Origin: Candidatus Magasanikiibacteriota bacterium
GTDB taxonomy: Bacteria > Patescibacteriota > Patescibacteriia > Magasanikbacterales > UBA922
Assembly (NCBI GenBank): GCA_041665025.1
Contig: JBAYJP010000001.1
Span: 16,207-80,206, forward strand
Direction of reading: 5' to 3'
DNA: 64,000 bases
A program made the position numbers and the translations under genes. Under the pieces are notes generated by a model. That model did not search any database. It was not told the origin of the DNA and saw nothing but the letters and a program-made list of their open reading frames with translations. Positions 20,084 to 30,425 of the stretch are shown piece by piece (the first letter of the stretch is position 1; each line of letters starts with the position of its first letter).

Positions 20084-20183
20084 TACTCCCTAGTCCAGTC
20101 TTGACTTACTGATTACGGATAATACTGATTTACTGATGATAATTTATATCCGTAAATCAGAGTTATCTGTAATCCGTAAACAT

Positions 20184-22829
20184 ATGATACCTCAAAACTT
20201 TACGCACAAATCCCAAGAAGCCATACAGAGCGCACAACAAATTGCACTCGACTATGGTCAACAACAAATTGAACCTCCCCATCTTTTTTTGGCGTTGCTC
20301 GAGCAAGAAGAAGGCGTTGTTGTCTCTATTTTTAAAAAATTAAATGTTAATATCAAGGAACTCACAGACCTTGTGGAACAACTAACCGAAAAAATTCCCA
20401 AACAAACCCATATCCAAGGAGCTGCCATTGGACAGGTTTTACTTGGGCAAGCAATGCTGTATGTCCTTCAACAAGCTAATAATGAAGCAAAAAAAATGAA
20501 AGATGATTTTATCAGTGTAGAACATTTGTTGCTTGCTTTTTTAACTAACAAAAATCCTATTTCAGATGCATTGCAACGTCAAGGCGTCCAGTATCAGGAT
20601 ATTTTGAAAGTACTCGTTTCTATCCGTGGTACCCAACGGGTGGACTCTCCAGAACCTGAGACAAAATATCAAGCTCTTGAGAAATATGGTATGAATTTAA
20701 CTGATCGTGCACGAAAAGAAAAGCTTGATCCAGTCATTGGACGCGATGATGAAATCCGCCGTGTTATGCAAGTACTTTCACGCAGGACGAAAAATAATCC
20801 GGTCCTTATTGGTGAACCTGGAGTAGGTAAAACAGCAGTAGCAGAAGGATTGGCTCAACGTATTGTAAATGGGGACGTGCCAGAAAATTTGCAAGACAAA
20901 GAAATTATCGCGCTTGATATTGGTTCGCTTTTGGCAGGGACCAAATTTCGCGGTGAATTTGAAGAACGTTTCAAAGCAATTATCAAAGAAATTACCGACT
21001 CCAACGGAAAAATTATTTTGTTTATAGACGAATTACACAGTATTGTAGGTGCAGGAAGTTCTGAAGGTGCGGTAGACGCTTCAAACATGCTAAAACCAGG
21101 CCTTGCGCGCGGAGAATTGCATATCATTGGTGCTACCACACTAAAAGAATATCAGAAGCACATTGAAAAAGACGCGGCATTTGAACGCCGTTTTCAACCT
21201 ATTATGGTTGTCGAGCCTTCCCAGGATGATGCAATCGCTATACTCCGTGGTATAAAAGAAAAATATGAGGTACACCACGGCGTGCGCATCACAGACTCCG
21301 CCATTATCTCTGCGGTCTCTTTGTCCCACCGCTATATTACTGATCGTTTTTTGCCAGATAAGGCAATTGATCTGATAGATGAAGCCGCGTCAGCCCTCAA
21401 GATGCAGATAGATTCAATGCCAGACGACCTTGATAAAATGAAGCGCAAGATGATGAAAATCGAGATTGAATTGCGCGCACTCAAAAAAGAACAAAATGAA
21501 GATGTAAAAGCCCGTGAAAAACAACTCAAAGAAGAACTTGCAAATTTGAAAGAACAAAGCAAGGAAATTGAAATGCAGTGGAATAATGAAAAAGAAATTA
21601 TCACAAAAATTCGTGAGAATAAAAAAGAAATTGACAAACTCAAACAACATGCAGATATAGAAGAACGCAAAGGCGACCTACAAAAAGTTGCTGAGATTCG
21701 GTATGGAAAAATTCCTATGATAGAAGAAGCAACCAAAAAATTTGAAATTAAACTTGCTGATCTGCAAAAAAATAATAGTATTCTAAAAGAAGAAGTGACA
21801 GAGGAAGATATTGCCCGTGTTGTCTCACGATGGACAGGCGTACCCATAAACAAAATGTTGCAAGATGAGGTAATTAAACTCGCAAAAATGGAAGACGAAC
21901 TTTCACACCGTGTCATAGGTCAACTTGAAGCAATACGATCAATATCCAATGCAATACGCCGAAGCCGAGCTGGTATTTCTGAAGAAAAGCGACCGATAGG
22001 ATCTTTCATCTTTATGGGTCCTACCGGGGTTGGTAAAACAGAGCTTGCAAAAACACTTGCTGAATTTTTGTTTAATGACGAAAATTCTCTGGTGCGTGTA
22101 GACATGAGCGAATATATGGAAAAGCACGCAGTAAGCAAGATGATTGGCTCCCCTCCTGGCTATGTCGGATTTGATGAGGGCGGACAATTGACTGAAATTA
22201 TCAGAAGAAAACCTTATTCTGTCATTTTGTTTGATGAGATAGAAAAGGCTCATCCTGATGTATTTAATATCATGCTTCAAATTCTGGAAGATGGGCAATT
22301 GACTAATTCAAAAGGACGACGGGTTAATTTCAAAAATACGGTCATTATTATGACGAGCAATATTGCAAGCGACATTATTATGCAAATGGGACGAACCGGA
22401 GACTTTGGTTTTGAGGAAAAACATAATGTAAAAGGTACATCTAAACAAAAAGAAGAAAAAATAAATGAACGTGTTATGGAAGCTCTTCGCGAGCACTTCA
22501 AACCAGAATTTTTGAATCGAGTTGATGAAATTATTATTTTTCATACCCTCCAGACAGGACATATTCGTACTATTGTTGATTTGCAACTCAAACATATTGC
22601 GCAGAGGCTTGAAAAACAGAAAATAAAGTTAGATATTACAGACAAAGCAAAAGACTGGCTCGCCAAAAAAGGTTATGATGAAAATTTGGGTGCTCGTCCT
22701 CTCAGGCGCGTCATCCAGACAGACTTGCTTGATGAGCTTGCCATGCAGATTATTGAAAAAAAAATCAGCGAAGGCGACGAAGCAAAAGTTGATATTTCAA
22801 AGAACAAGATTGAAATAAAGAAAAAATAA
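20184..22829 (+). CDS. clpB: ATP-dependent chaperone ClpB
   Basis: Two AAA+ modules ([16 protein letters not shown] Walker A), long coiled-coil middle domain, Clp N-domain. Confidence 0.9.
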   Translation: MIPQNFTHKSQEAIQSAQQIALDYGQQQIEPPHLFLALLEQEEGVVVSIFKKLNVNIKELTDLVEQLTEKIPKQTHIQGAAIGQVLLGQAMLYVLQQANNEAKKMKDDFISVEHLLLAFLTNKNPISDALQRQGVQYQDILKVLVSIRGTQRVDSPEPETKYQALEKYGMNLTDRARKEKLDPVIGRDDEIRRVMQVLSRRTKNNPVLIGEPGVGKTAVAEGLAQRIVNGDVPENLQDKEIIALDIGSLLAGTKFRGEFEERFKAIIKEITDSNGKIILFIDELHSIVGAGSSEGAVDASNMLKPGLARGELHIIGATTLKEYQKHIEKDAAFERRFQPIMVVEPSQDDAIAILRGIKEKYEVHHGVRITDSAIISAVSLSHRYITDRFLPDKAIDLIDEAASALKMQIDSMPDDLDKMKRKMMKIEIELRALKKEQNEDVKAREKQLKEELANLKEQSKEIEMQWNNEKEIITKIRENKKEIDKLKQHADIEERKGDLQKVAEIRYGKIPMIEEATKKFEIKLADLQKNNSILKEEVTEEDIARVVSRWTGVPINKMLQDEVIKLAKMEDELSHRVIGQLEAIRSISNAIRRSRAGISEEKRPIGSFIFMGPTGVGKTELAKTLAEFLFNDENSLVRVDMSEYMEKHAVSKMIGSPPGYVGFDEGGQLTEIIRRKPYSVILFDEIEKAHPDVFNIMLQILEDGQLTNSKGRRVNFKNTVIIMTSNIASDIIMQMGRTGDFGFEEKHNVKGTSKQKEEKINERVMEALREHFKPEFLNRVDEIIIFHTLQTGHIRTIVDLQLKHIAQRLEKQKIKLDITDKAKDWLAKKGYDENLGARPLRRVIQTDLLDELAMQIIEKKISEGDEAKVDISKNKIEIKKK

Positions 22830-22840
22830 TTATCAAAAAC

Positions 22841-22870
22841 AAAAACACCCCGCTAAGTGGGTGTTTTTCA
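22841..22870. terminator. Bidirectional rho-independent terminator
   Basis: AAAACACCC-gctaagt-GGGTGTTTTT with A/T runs on both sides, between convergent clpB and the ferredoxin gene. Confidence 0.7.
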
Positions 22871-22877
22871 ATATTAC

Positions 22878-23120
22878 TTATTGTTCAGGAAATATTTGTT
22901 TGCCTTCCTCATCATACAAGAGTATTGCAAGTACTGGACAGGACTGTGCCGCAAGCAAAATCATATCCTCCTGCGTACCATCAGGGTCTACCACGTATGC
23001 GAGGTTATTTTCATCCATCTGAAAGACTCCGGGTGCTACTACGACACATGATTGTGCGCCTATACATTTTTGCTTATCCACGACGATTCGTCTCATCTTT
23101 CCTCCATTTCGTATTTTCAT
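22878..23120 (-). CDS. Single-cluster [4Fe-4S]/[3Fe-4S] ferredoxin
   Basis: MKI..V..D.C..CG.C..V.P..F...D....AYV...G......LAAQSCP..AI pattern. Confidence 0.6.
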   Translation of the reverse strand: MKIRNGGKMRRIVVDKQKCIGAQSCVVVAPGVFQMDENNLAYVVDPDGTQEDMILLAAQSCPVLAILLYDEEGKQIFPEQ

Positions 23121-23174
23121 TGATATATCTTCGGGCAAATTATCTGGCAATCTTGGTTCTGGCATATGGCATAT

Positions 23175-23465
23175 TTATAAATCTCCTAAAAAATTTTCAG
23201 AGGCAAAAAGTTCTTCTTCACTCAGTCTTTTGAATGGATCTCCACGTTGCTTTTGTACATGTTCTTCAATAGTGTCAGGATTACTATAATGAAAAATCTG
23301 TGTTCCGTCAACAAGAACATTAGGTCCTCTTTGGCAATGTCCGAGACAACTGCAGTAATTCACTTGTCTGTCTTTGCTTTCTTTAGATGAAGATAAAAGA
23401 TTATAAATTTTTTGTGATCCTCTCTTTGAGCACATCTCTCCAGAACATACTTCTATACCTTGCAT
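23175..23465 (-). CDS. Thioredoxin-like [2Fe-2S] ferredoxin (NuoE-like)
   Basis: Cys pattern VCSGEMCS ... YCSCLGHCQRGPNV. Confidence 0.5.
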   Translation of the reverse strand: MQGIEVCSGEMCSKRGSQKIYNLLSSSKESKDRQVNYCSCLGHCQRGPNVLVDGTQIFHYSNPDTIEEHVQKQRGDPFKRLSEEELFASENFLGDL

Positions 23466-23483
23466 AGCTCTGATTATTTTATT

Positions 23484-23768
23484 TTAAACACCCATCATAT
23501 TGCGAACTTTTTCTGGTAATTTCCATGGCGGATCAAATGTTATCCGGACAAAAACAGTACCAAACCCCAGTTCTCGTACCGCATTTTCCACTTCTTCTTT
23601 CAAGAATGATTGAAGATGGCACAGAGGGGTTGTGAGCGTCATAACAATTTCCGCATCATTTTCTTTAATATTTATTTCATAAATAAAACCAAGAGTCCAC
23701 ACATCAATCCCAATGTCTGGATCTAGAACTGTCTTGAGTTTTTCTATAACTTCTTCACGTGTAATCAT
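23484..23768 (-). CDS. DUF59/MIP18-family Fe-S cluster assembly protein (SufT-like)
   Basis: VLDPDIGIDVWTLGFIY...TLTTPLCHL hallmark. Confidence 0.7.
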   Translation of the reverse strand: MITREEVIEKLKTVLDPDIGIDVWTLGFIYEINIKENDAEIVMTLTTPLCHLQSFLKEEVENAVRELGFGTVFVRITFDPPWKLPEKVRNMMGV

Positions 23769-23780
23769 AAGATAAAAAAA

Positions 23781-24443
23781 TTAATCAGCTCCGTAATACT
23801 TCTCACTATAAAATCGAATGAGCTGTTCAATTTCTGGAATCGCTTCCGGGCTTGCTGCGCCAACTTTAAGTTTATGCTGCACTTCTTCAAGAGTTTTTGC
23901 ACCCTCAAGTACTGCCTCTTCTATATCATGATCAGTGATATTAAGTTCTTTATCAATAATTTTTGCACCAGACGTGATTATTCTGCTATGCTGGCCCATT
24001 CTTCGAAACCAGTCATTCACTGCGGATTGTAATGCTTTGTCGCCGAGTACTGAACAGTGAATTTTACGTGCGGGAAGTCCCCCAAGCCTCGTCATAATGT
24101 CTTGAGGCCTAACCTTAAGAGCCTCTTCAATCGTCATCCCACCATTTTCAGTAAGCATCACAGATAGCATTGAGGTTGAGGCAATTGCGCTCCCACAACC
24201 AAATGTTTGCCACTTGCAGTCAATTATTTTTTCAGTTTTTGGATCAATACTAATCCACATAACCATTTCATCCCCACAAGCAGGTGAACCTACTCGACCA
24301 ATCGCATAGTCACTATATTTATCTTCCTCGCCATGGAACAAAATATTTTGAGGATTAAAAAAATGCTCTTTGACAATATCTGAGTACAGCCAAGAACCAC
24401 CTTGTTTATCTCTAATTTTTGCACCTGCATGCTGTTCTTCCAT
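23781..24443 (-). CDS. nifU: NifU-type Fe-S scaffold (IscU-like N-domain + BFD-like middle domain)
   Basis: GSPACGD and GCGSAIAS scaffold cysteines, C-terminal extension. Confidence 0.75.
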   Translation of the reverse strand: MEEQHAGAKIRDKQGGSWLYSDIVKEHFFNPQNILFHGEEDKYSDYAIGRVGSPACGDEMVMWISIDPKTEKIIDCKWQTFGCGSAIASTSMLSVMLTENGGMTIEEALKVRPQDIMTRLGGLPARKIHCSVLGDKALQSAVNDWFRRMGQHSRIITSGAKIIDKELNITDHDIEEAVLEGAKTLEEVQHKLKVGAASPEAIPEIEQLIRFYSEKYYGAD

Positions 24444-24458
24444 ACTATATATAAAATA

Positions 24459-25745
24459 TTATCGCTGATGATACTGTGCGTGTATATTTTCTTTTGGATT
24501 CTGTTTCAAATCTACCGGACTGATCTGTCTAAGCGTCTCGACAATACCTGGTAAATATTTCATCACATATTCAATTTCTTCTTTGGTATTCCGTTTCCCT
24601 AAGCTGAATCGTAAACTGCCATGTGCATATTCATAAGGCAACCCAAGTGCAAGCAATACATGCGAAGGATCAAGTGAATCTGACGTGCAAGCTGAACCAG
24701 TAGAACACATAATTCCATATTCATCCAAATACAGCAATAATGCTTCACCTTCAATATCTAATATAGAAATATTCAAATTATTTGGTAAACGTTTTAATTC
24801 GCCTTCTGCACTTTTTTTTGAATCTAAATCCGGTCCATTAAGCCTTATTTTAGGGATTTTTTTTTGTAGTAATTCCCAAAAATAATTTCTTAACTCAATA
24901 AGACGTCTATTTTCTTCTTCCCTATTTTTCTGAGCAAGTTCAAATGCTTTTGCAAAACCAACTATACCGGGAATATTTTCCGTACCAGCCCGTAGACGCA
25001 TTTCCTGGCTACCCCCGACAACAAGTGGTTCTATGGAGACATTCCGTCGCCTATAGAGTAATCCAACACCTTTTGGACCATATATTTTGCTTGCATTTAT
25101 CGTCATGCAATCAACATGCAATTTTTCTACATCTAACTCAAACACACCCGCAGCCTGGCATGCGTCTGAATGAAAGTAAGGATAGCTGGTTGCATTCTCT
25201 TTTCTCCACTTCAGAATTTCTCGTCCAATATCTGCAATCGGTTCTACACTCCCTATTTCATTATTTGCGTACATGATGGTGACGAGAATAGTATCCTCAC
25301 GAAGAGCCTTCTTTACTTGTTTTGCCGTCACAAAACCATAGACGTCCACGTCCAAATACGTGATTTCAAAACCCTCTTTTTCCAGTTTTTGACACGCATG
25401 CAAAACCGCATGATGTTCAATTTTGGTTGTAATAATGTGTTTGCCTTTGTCTTTGTATTTTCGTGCAATACCCAAAATAGCCAAATTATCTGACTCAGTT
25501 CCCCCTCCGGTAAATAGTATAGTATCAGGTAATGTATGGAGTAATTGAGCAATACTACGCCGAGCATCATTAAGTGCACCATTAACCTCGCGTGCAGAGG
25601 TATACAAAGCAGAAGGATTTTCAAAATGATCTGTCCAATATGGTTCCATTATATGCAAGACTTGTGGATCAAGATATGTTGTTGCTGCGTGATCAAGATA
25701 TACTAGTTTTTTTTCATGGGGTATTTTCAGAGAATGTGAGACCAT
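24459..25745 (-). CDS. nifS: Cysteine desulfurase (NifS/IscS, class V aminotransferase)
   Basis: YLDHAATT N-terminus, PLP lysine region, active-site loop with Cys (STGSACTS). Confidence 0.85.
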   Translation of the reverse strand: MVSHSLKIPHEKKLVYLDHAATTYLDPQVLHIMEPYWTDHFENPSALYTSAREVNGALNDARRSIAQLLHTLPDTILFTGGGTESDNLAILGIARKYKDKGKHIITTKIEHHAVLHACQKLEKEGFEITYLDVDVYGFVTAKQVKKALREDTILVTIMYANNEIGSVEPIADIGREILKWRKENATSYPYFHSDACQAAGVFELDVEKLHVDCMTINASKIYGPKGVGLLYRRRNVSIEPLVVGGSQEMRLRAGTENIPGIVGFAKAFELAQKNREEENRRLIELRNYFWELLQKKIPKIRLNGPDLDSKKSAEGELKRLPNNLNISILDIEGEALLLYLDEYGIMCSTGSACTSDSLDPSHVLLALGLPYEYAHGSLRFSLGKRNTKEEIEYVMKYLPGIVETLRQISPVDLKQNPKENIHAQYHQR

Positions 25746-25751
25746 AAAATA

Positions 25752-26159
25752 TTATACCCGATCAAGAATGCGAGTTTGATTCAATACCTGTTCAATATGT
25801 TTATTTATTTTTGAAAATAGATCGCATGCCGTACATGTCTTTTTACGCGGGCAATCCATTCCTTTGGTACAATCGGTAATGCCAAATGGGCCATCTACAG
25901 CGGTCATCAGTTCTTTTAACGTAATATGTTTAGGATTGATCAAACAATAATAACCTCCCCGCACGCCACGTGCTGCGTCTATAAAATTAGCTTTTTTTAA
26001 TGAACGAGCAATACGTTGTAAAAAAAGAAACGAAATTTTGCTATCAACAGCAAATTTTCTTAAACTCAAATATTCATCTTTTTTAAGTTTTGACAATGCA
26101 TACATAAGCTGCAATGCATAGTCAACTTGTTTACTCATGTGGATCATATGGCTATTCAA
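25752..26159 (-). CDS. iscR: Rrf2-family transcriptional regulator (IscR-like, Fe-S binding)
   Basis: N-terminal wHTH (YALQLM...LS...FA) and C-terminal CTKGMDCPRKKTC cysteine triad. Confidence 0.7.
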   Translation of the reverse strand: MNSHMIHMSKQVDYALQLMYALSKLKKDEYLSLRKFAVDSKISFLFLQRIARSLKKANFIDAARGVRGGYYCLINPKHITLKELMTAVDGPFGITDCTKGMDCPRKKTCTACDLFSKINKHIEQVLNQTRILDRV

Positions 26160-26258
26160 TTAAAAAAATAATACTTTGAGAGTATGATATACAAAACACC
26201 ATGAATTGTCAACAGAAGAAAAAGGAGAGGGATGTGAATAACTCACTGGTTTCTTCGA

Positions 26259-26843
26259 TTAGAAGGGAAGCGTTAGATTAATGCCCTTTCCAGAGCTTGA
26301 TTCTTGGTTAAAGGAGTTTTCAATAACATCAAAATTAACTGCAAAAGGCTGTATTTCGCCTGTCAGCGTCGGAAAATACAGCATGCGATTTTTCTTTCCA
26401 TATTCATACAACTCCTTTGTTACTTTTACATCTTGCTCGCAATATTTCTTTATTTCATCCATTTTCCCCTCCTCATACCATGTCTGTGCTTGCAGACCAT
26501 CGGCGCTTTTACTTATTTGCAATGTTGCCTGGGCAATATCATTCAATCTATATCTCTTGCCTGTTGATTCTTTGATGATTTTCAAAATATCAAGATTTTG
26601 AAAACGAAGTAAGTCTCCTGTATAGTATTTATTGAGAATGGGGAGATCAAAGTGCTCGCTATTATAGCCAATGATACACTGTGCCTTTTCAAGAATGGGC
26701 CACAGCTGCTTTAGCTCTGACTCTTCAAATGAAGTATATGTGCTAGTTTCGTATTGATAGATAGAAACAACGGTAACCTTGACGGTATCCATATTTTTTA
26801 GGTCACCATATGTTTCGATGTCTAATACTACTTCACGAGACAT
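26259..26843 (-). CDS. DEDD-family 3'-5' exonuclease-like protein
   Basis: LDIETYG, YNSEHFDLPIL, YCEQDVKVT motifs. Confidence 0.5.
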   Translation of the reverse strand: MSREVVLDIETYGDLKNMDTVKVTVVSIYQYETSTYTSFEESELKQLWPILEKAQCIIGYNSEHFDLPILNKYYTGDLLRFQNLDILKIIKESTGKRYRLNDIAQATLQISKSADGLQAQTWYEEGKMDEIKKYCEQDVKVTKELYEYGKKNRMLYFPTLTGEIQPFAVNFDVIENSFNQESSSGKGINLTLPF

Positions 26844-26891
26844 AACAAAATAAAAAGATTAAAAGATTTCAAAACTAGAAGATTACCGGAT

Positions 26892-27245
26892 TTATTTGAC
26901 TTTTTTAAACTTAACAGAAAAAATGGGTTCGTAATTATTGTTGTCTGCGTCAGTAATCTCAACAATCTCCCCTTTTGTTACTTTTGACAATGCAATATCT
27001 GATAATAATTCCATATCAGAATCAATATCAATTTTTATATCTTCGAGTTCTGTCATCTCTTTTGAAAATTGTTCACGTATTGAAATTTCAATTCGTTTCA
27101 TCGTCTCACGCACACTTTTTCTTTTCTCCACGAGATCCTGATATTCTGTGTTACCTACCAGCGCATCTTTGTACATTGAGCGCAAGTCTTTTTGTTTGCG
27201 CTTTGCTTCTTGCACCCGATTAAAAACTGATTGAATGTCTTGCAT
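26892..27245 (-). CDS. Hypothetical coiled-coil protein
   Basis: ORF only; charged heptad-like sequence. Confidence 0.3.
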   Translation of the reverse strand: MQDIQSVFNRVQEAKRKQKDLRSMYKDALVGNTEYQDLVEKRKSVRETMKRIEISIREQFSKEMTELEDIKIDIDSDMELLSDIALSKVTKGEIVEITDADNNNYEPIFSVKFKKVK

Positions 27246-27287
27246 AAAAATATAAGGTTATGAGCTTGCATATTTTATCATATAAAA

Positions 27288-27318
27288 AGAAAAACTCCAA
27301 GTGTGGAGTTTTATCTTG
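27288..27318 (-). terminator. Rho-independent terminator (minus-strand orientation) downstream of the glutaredoxin gene
   Basis: AACTCCA-agtg-TGGAGTT hairpin flanked by A/T runs. Confidence 0.5.
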
Positions 27319-27333
27319 TTATGTATAGTAGAT

Positions 27334-27570
27334 TTATCCTTGAATCCCAAGCGCCATATTTATTCTCATCTTATCAAAACCGATAATAATAGTGCCATTC
27401 ACATCAAGCACTGGGACGCCCATTTGTCCTGACTTTTCTATCATTTCCCGCGCCTTGTCTTGATCATGCGCGACGTTATAATCCACAAACTCAATGCTAC
27501 GTTCTTGCAAATACTGTTTAGCCAAAACACAATATGGGCATGTGGGTGTTGAGTAGACTGCTACTGACAT
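27334..27570 (-). CDS. Glutaredoxin-like protein (NrdH/Grx)
   Basis: CPYC active site, thioredoxin fold length; an internal Met is taken as the start. Confidence 0.65.
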   Translation of the reverse strand: MSVAVYSTPTCPYCVLAKQYLQERSIEFVDYNVAHDQDKAREMIEKSGQMGVPVLDVNGTIIIGFDKMRINMALGIQG

Positions 27571-27686
27571 AGATATATTAATTAATGATAACAATATACA
27601 GAATGCCAATAATGCGTGCTCAGGTCAACTGTGGATAACTGCTAAAACAAAAAACCAGGGCTATACCTGGTTTTTAACATATCTAT

Positions 27687-29474
27687 TTATTTCTTTCGTG
27701 CTGCTTTAACTCGTTCGACATCTTTCAAAATTTGCTTACGCAGACGGATGCTCTTTGGTGTTACTTCAAGAAATTCATCTTCTGCCATCACTTCCAAACC
27801 TCGTTCGAGGGTCAATTCCATTGGTGGCACCAATTGTATTGCCATGTCAGCGTTTGATGAACGCATATTGGTAAGATGTTTGCCTTTGATAGGATTTACC
27901 GTCATATCCTGTCCTTTGGATGTATTGCCAATGACCTGGCCATCGTAGACATCCACATTTGGTGCGACAAATAATGTACCACGATCTTGCAAGTTTGCGA
28001 GTGAGTATGCAAGTACTTTTCCTGTTTCCCCAGAAATCATAGATCCGACATCGCGCTTATCAATTTCACCTGCGTGGGGCTTAAATCCCAATACTTCACT
28101 ACACAAAATACCTTCTCCACGTGTATCAACAATAAACTCACTGCGATAACCCAAAAGTCCACGCGTGGGAATTTCGTAAATCAAGCGCGTATGATTTTGT
28201 TCTGGACGCATTTCTTTCATCACGCCTTTTCGTTTTGACATTTTTTCTATCACGGTCCCACAACATTCCTGTGGAATATCTATCGTGACTTCTTCAAATG
28301 GTTCACATGTTACCCCATCAATTTCTTTGATAATAACCTGGGGCTGAGATACCTGCAATTCGAATCCTTCACGGCGCATATTTTCTAGTAAAATAGCCAC
28401 GTGCAATTCCCCTCTTCCAAATACTTTGTAATAATCTACTGCGGAAAAGTCTATTTTCAAACCAACATTAACTTCCAATTCTTTTTCCAAACGTTCTTTG
28501 ATTTGTCTATTCGTAACAAATTTTCCTTCTTTGCCTGCAAACGGAGAATTATTCACCAAAAAATTAAGTGAAATCGTTGGTTCATCAATTTTGATAGCAG
28601 GCAAGAGCTCCGCGTCACGGCTCGCGCACACAGTATCGCCAATATAAATGTCTGGCAATCCTGCAATCATCACAATATCTCCCGCAACAACCTCAGAAAC
28701 TTCTTTCCGGGTAATACCTTCAAACGTAAACATCTTCGTAATGCCCCCTGAAATGATTTGACCGTCATGCTTTTTCAAAAATACTTTATCAGTCATTTTC
28801 AAAACACCCTGGTACATGCGGCCGATACCCATGCGGCCAAGATAGTTGTCATATGCCAGATTGAATGGTTGGAATGTGAAAGGCAATGTAGTATCTACTT
28901 TTACCGCAGAAACTTTTTCCAAAATAGTATCCAAAAGCGGAGTAAGATCATTTGATTCATCTGTTAATTTCATTTTTGCAATTCCTAATTTTGCAATGGC
29001 GTACACCGTAGTAAAATCAAGTTGTTCATCATTGGCACCAAGATCCATAAATAATTCCAAAACTTTTTCTTGGGTCCATTCTGGCCGAGCGGCTGGCTTG
29101 TCAATTTTATTTATAACTACAATAGGCTTAAGTCCAAGTTCGAGTGATTTTTTCAAAACAAATTTTGTCTGTGGCATGGGGCCTTCTTGCGCATCTACCA
29201 CAAGTAAGACTGAATCAATGGATCTAAGCACGCGTTCAACCTCTGAACCAAAATCCGCATGACCTGGAGTGTCTACAATATTTATTTTTGTATCCTTATA
29301 GAAAACAGATGTATTTTTTGAATAAATCGTAATACCGCGCTCTTTTTCAAGCGCGTTGCTGTCCATACTCACACTGTCATCTGTCACCATGCCGGTCTGC
29401 TTCATAAGAGCATCGGTGAGACGAGTTTTGCCATGGTCTACATGGGCGATGATTGCAATATTTCTGATTTCCAT
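27687..29474 (-). CDS. typA: Translational GTPase TypA/BipA
   Basis: AHVDHGKT G1, DTPGHADF G3, EF-G-like domain order. Confidence 0.9.
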   Translation of the reverse strand: MEIRNIAIIAHVDHGKTRLTDALMKQTGMVTDDSVSMDSNALEKERGITIYSKNTSVFYKDTKINIVDTPGHADFGSEVERVLRSIDSVLLVVDAQEGPMPQTKFVLKKSLELGLKPIVVINKIDKPAARPEWTQEKVLELFMDLGANDEQLDFTTVYAIAKLGIAKMKLTDESNDLTPLLDTILEKVSAVKVDTTLPFTFQPFNLAYDNYLGRMGIGRMYQGVLKMTDKVFLKKHDGQIISGGITKMFTFEGITRKEVSEVVAGDIVMIAGLPDIYIGDTVCASRDAELLPAIKIDEPTISLNFLVNNSPFAGKEGKFVTNRQIKERLEKELEVNVGLKIDFSAVDYYKVFGRGELHVAILLENMRREGFELQVSQPQVIIKEIDGVTCEPFEEVTIDIPQECCGTVIEKMSKRKGVMKEMRPEQNHTRLIYEIPTRGLLGYRSEFIVDTRGEGILCSEVLGFKPHAGEIDKRDVGSMISGETGKVLAYSLANLQDRGTLFVAPNVDVYDGQVIGNTSKGQDMTVNPIKGKHLTNMRSSNADMAIQLVPPMELTLERGLEVMAEDEFLEVTPKSIRLRKQILKDVERVKAARKK

Positions 29475-29502
29475 ACGTATATCAATCTAATACTTTATTT
29501 TT

Positions 29503-29516
29503 AGGCTAAATTTAGC
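29503..29516. promoter_or_regulatory. Perfect 14-bp palindrome GGCTAAATTTAGCC in the divergent typA/DUF1059 promoter region
   Basis: Seen directly; candidate operator. Confidence 0.3.
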
Positions 29517-29680
29517 CGAATTATATATGAATATATTTAAAATGTCAAGCCTTAGGCACTAATCCTCATAATTTAAATAATAACTTCCCCTAACATCTAT
29601 GAAATATTGGCTTATTTGACTTAACGTAAATTAAACTGATATGCTAAAAATATCCAATTAATTCATTTAATTAATTCTAT

Positions 29681-29875
29681 ATGAAAACATTATCTTGCAA
29701 AAGTATGGGTATCGATTGTGATTTTGTGGCAGAAGCAGAAACTGACGAAGAGGTGATAAAAAAAGGTCTAGAACATGCCGATGACGAACATACGGAATAC
29801 ATGGAAAAAATGAGAACGACCATGTCTGAACAGCAGATTATGGATGCGGCTAAGATGAAAATCAAAACCGTCTAG
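29681..29875 (+). CDS. DUF1059-family small protein
   Basis: MKxxxCKxxGxDCDFVAxAETxEEV..K..EHA pattern. Confidence 0.5.
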   Translation: MKTLSCKSMGIDCDFVAEAETDEEVIKKGLEHADDEHTEYMEKMRTTMSEQQIMDAAKMKIKTV

Positions 29876-29884
29876 CTCACACAA

Positions 29885-29914
29885 AAAACTGCTCAAATAG
29901 TCGGGCAGTTTTTT
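29885..29914. terminator. Bidirectional rho-independent terminator
   Basis: AAAACTGC-tcaaatagtcgg-GCAGTTTTTT. Confidence 0.65.
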
Positions 29915-29934
29915 GTAATTATATTTTCTTTATT

Positions 29935-30387
29935 TTATTCATTAACTTTCTGGAGTTGTACGCTACCAGGTTGAGGCATCTCTGGTCTCATCTGTACTGT
30001 TTGCGCGGTAATACTTCCATCTTGGTTTGTTTTTCCATTTATCATAAGATTTTGACCCACGTTTAAATCATCCGTCGTTCCTTCGGATGATTTCATAACT
30101 TGTGTCGATGATGAAAAATAAATAAGTTTTGAACCGCCATCTTGCAACTTCAATGTCATGCTCGTTGCATCTTTTGAGAGCAATTCACCTGTTGCGAACC
30201 CTTGACCATTCTGAACATTTCCACCACCCTGACGCATAGCAGCACCTTGCCCCATAAAATTTCCTCTGCCAGCAAAATTAGGGAGATTTGTTTGTTGCTT
30301 TGATTGCTCATACTTCATACCACCAAAAAAACTTCCTAGACCAACGACGATTGCTGTGATTGCCACAATGAGAATTGTTTTTTTCAT
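29935..30387 (-). CDS. Hypothetical secreted/membrane-anchored G/Q-rich protein
   Basis: N-terminal TM/signal sequence, low-complexity region. Confidence 0.35.
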   Translation of the reverse strand: MKKTILIVAITAIVVGLGSFFGGMKYEQSKQQTNLPNFAGRGNFMGQGAAMRQGGGNVQNGQGFATGELLSKDATSMTLKLQDGGSKLIYFSSSTQVMKSSEGTTDDLNVGQNLMINGKTNQDGSITAQTVQMRPEMPQPGSVQLQKVNE

Positions 30388-30425
30388 ATAGAAAAATAAA
30401 TAAATTTTTAATTAAAATTTTAAAC

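Noticed and set aside
20855-22595. Several antisense ORFs inside clpB (20855-21139, 21332-21916, 21414-21650, 21939-22298, 22308-22595)
   Set aside because: S/F/I-rich low-complexity translations of the reverse strand of the K/E-rich ClpB coiled-coil region. They are fully contained in a well-supported gene and have no start context.
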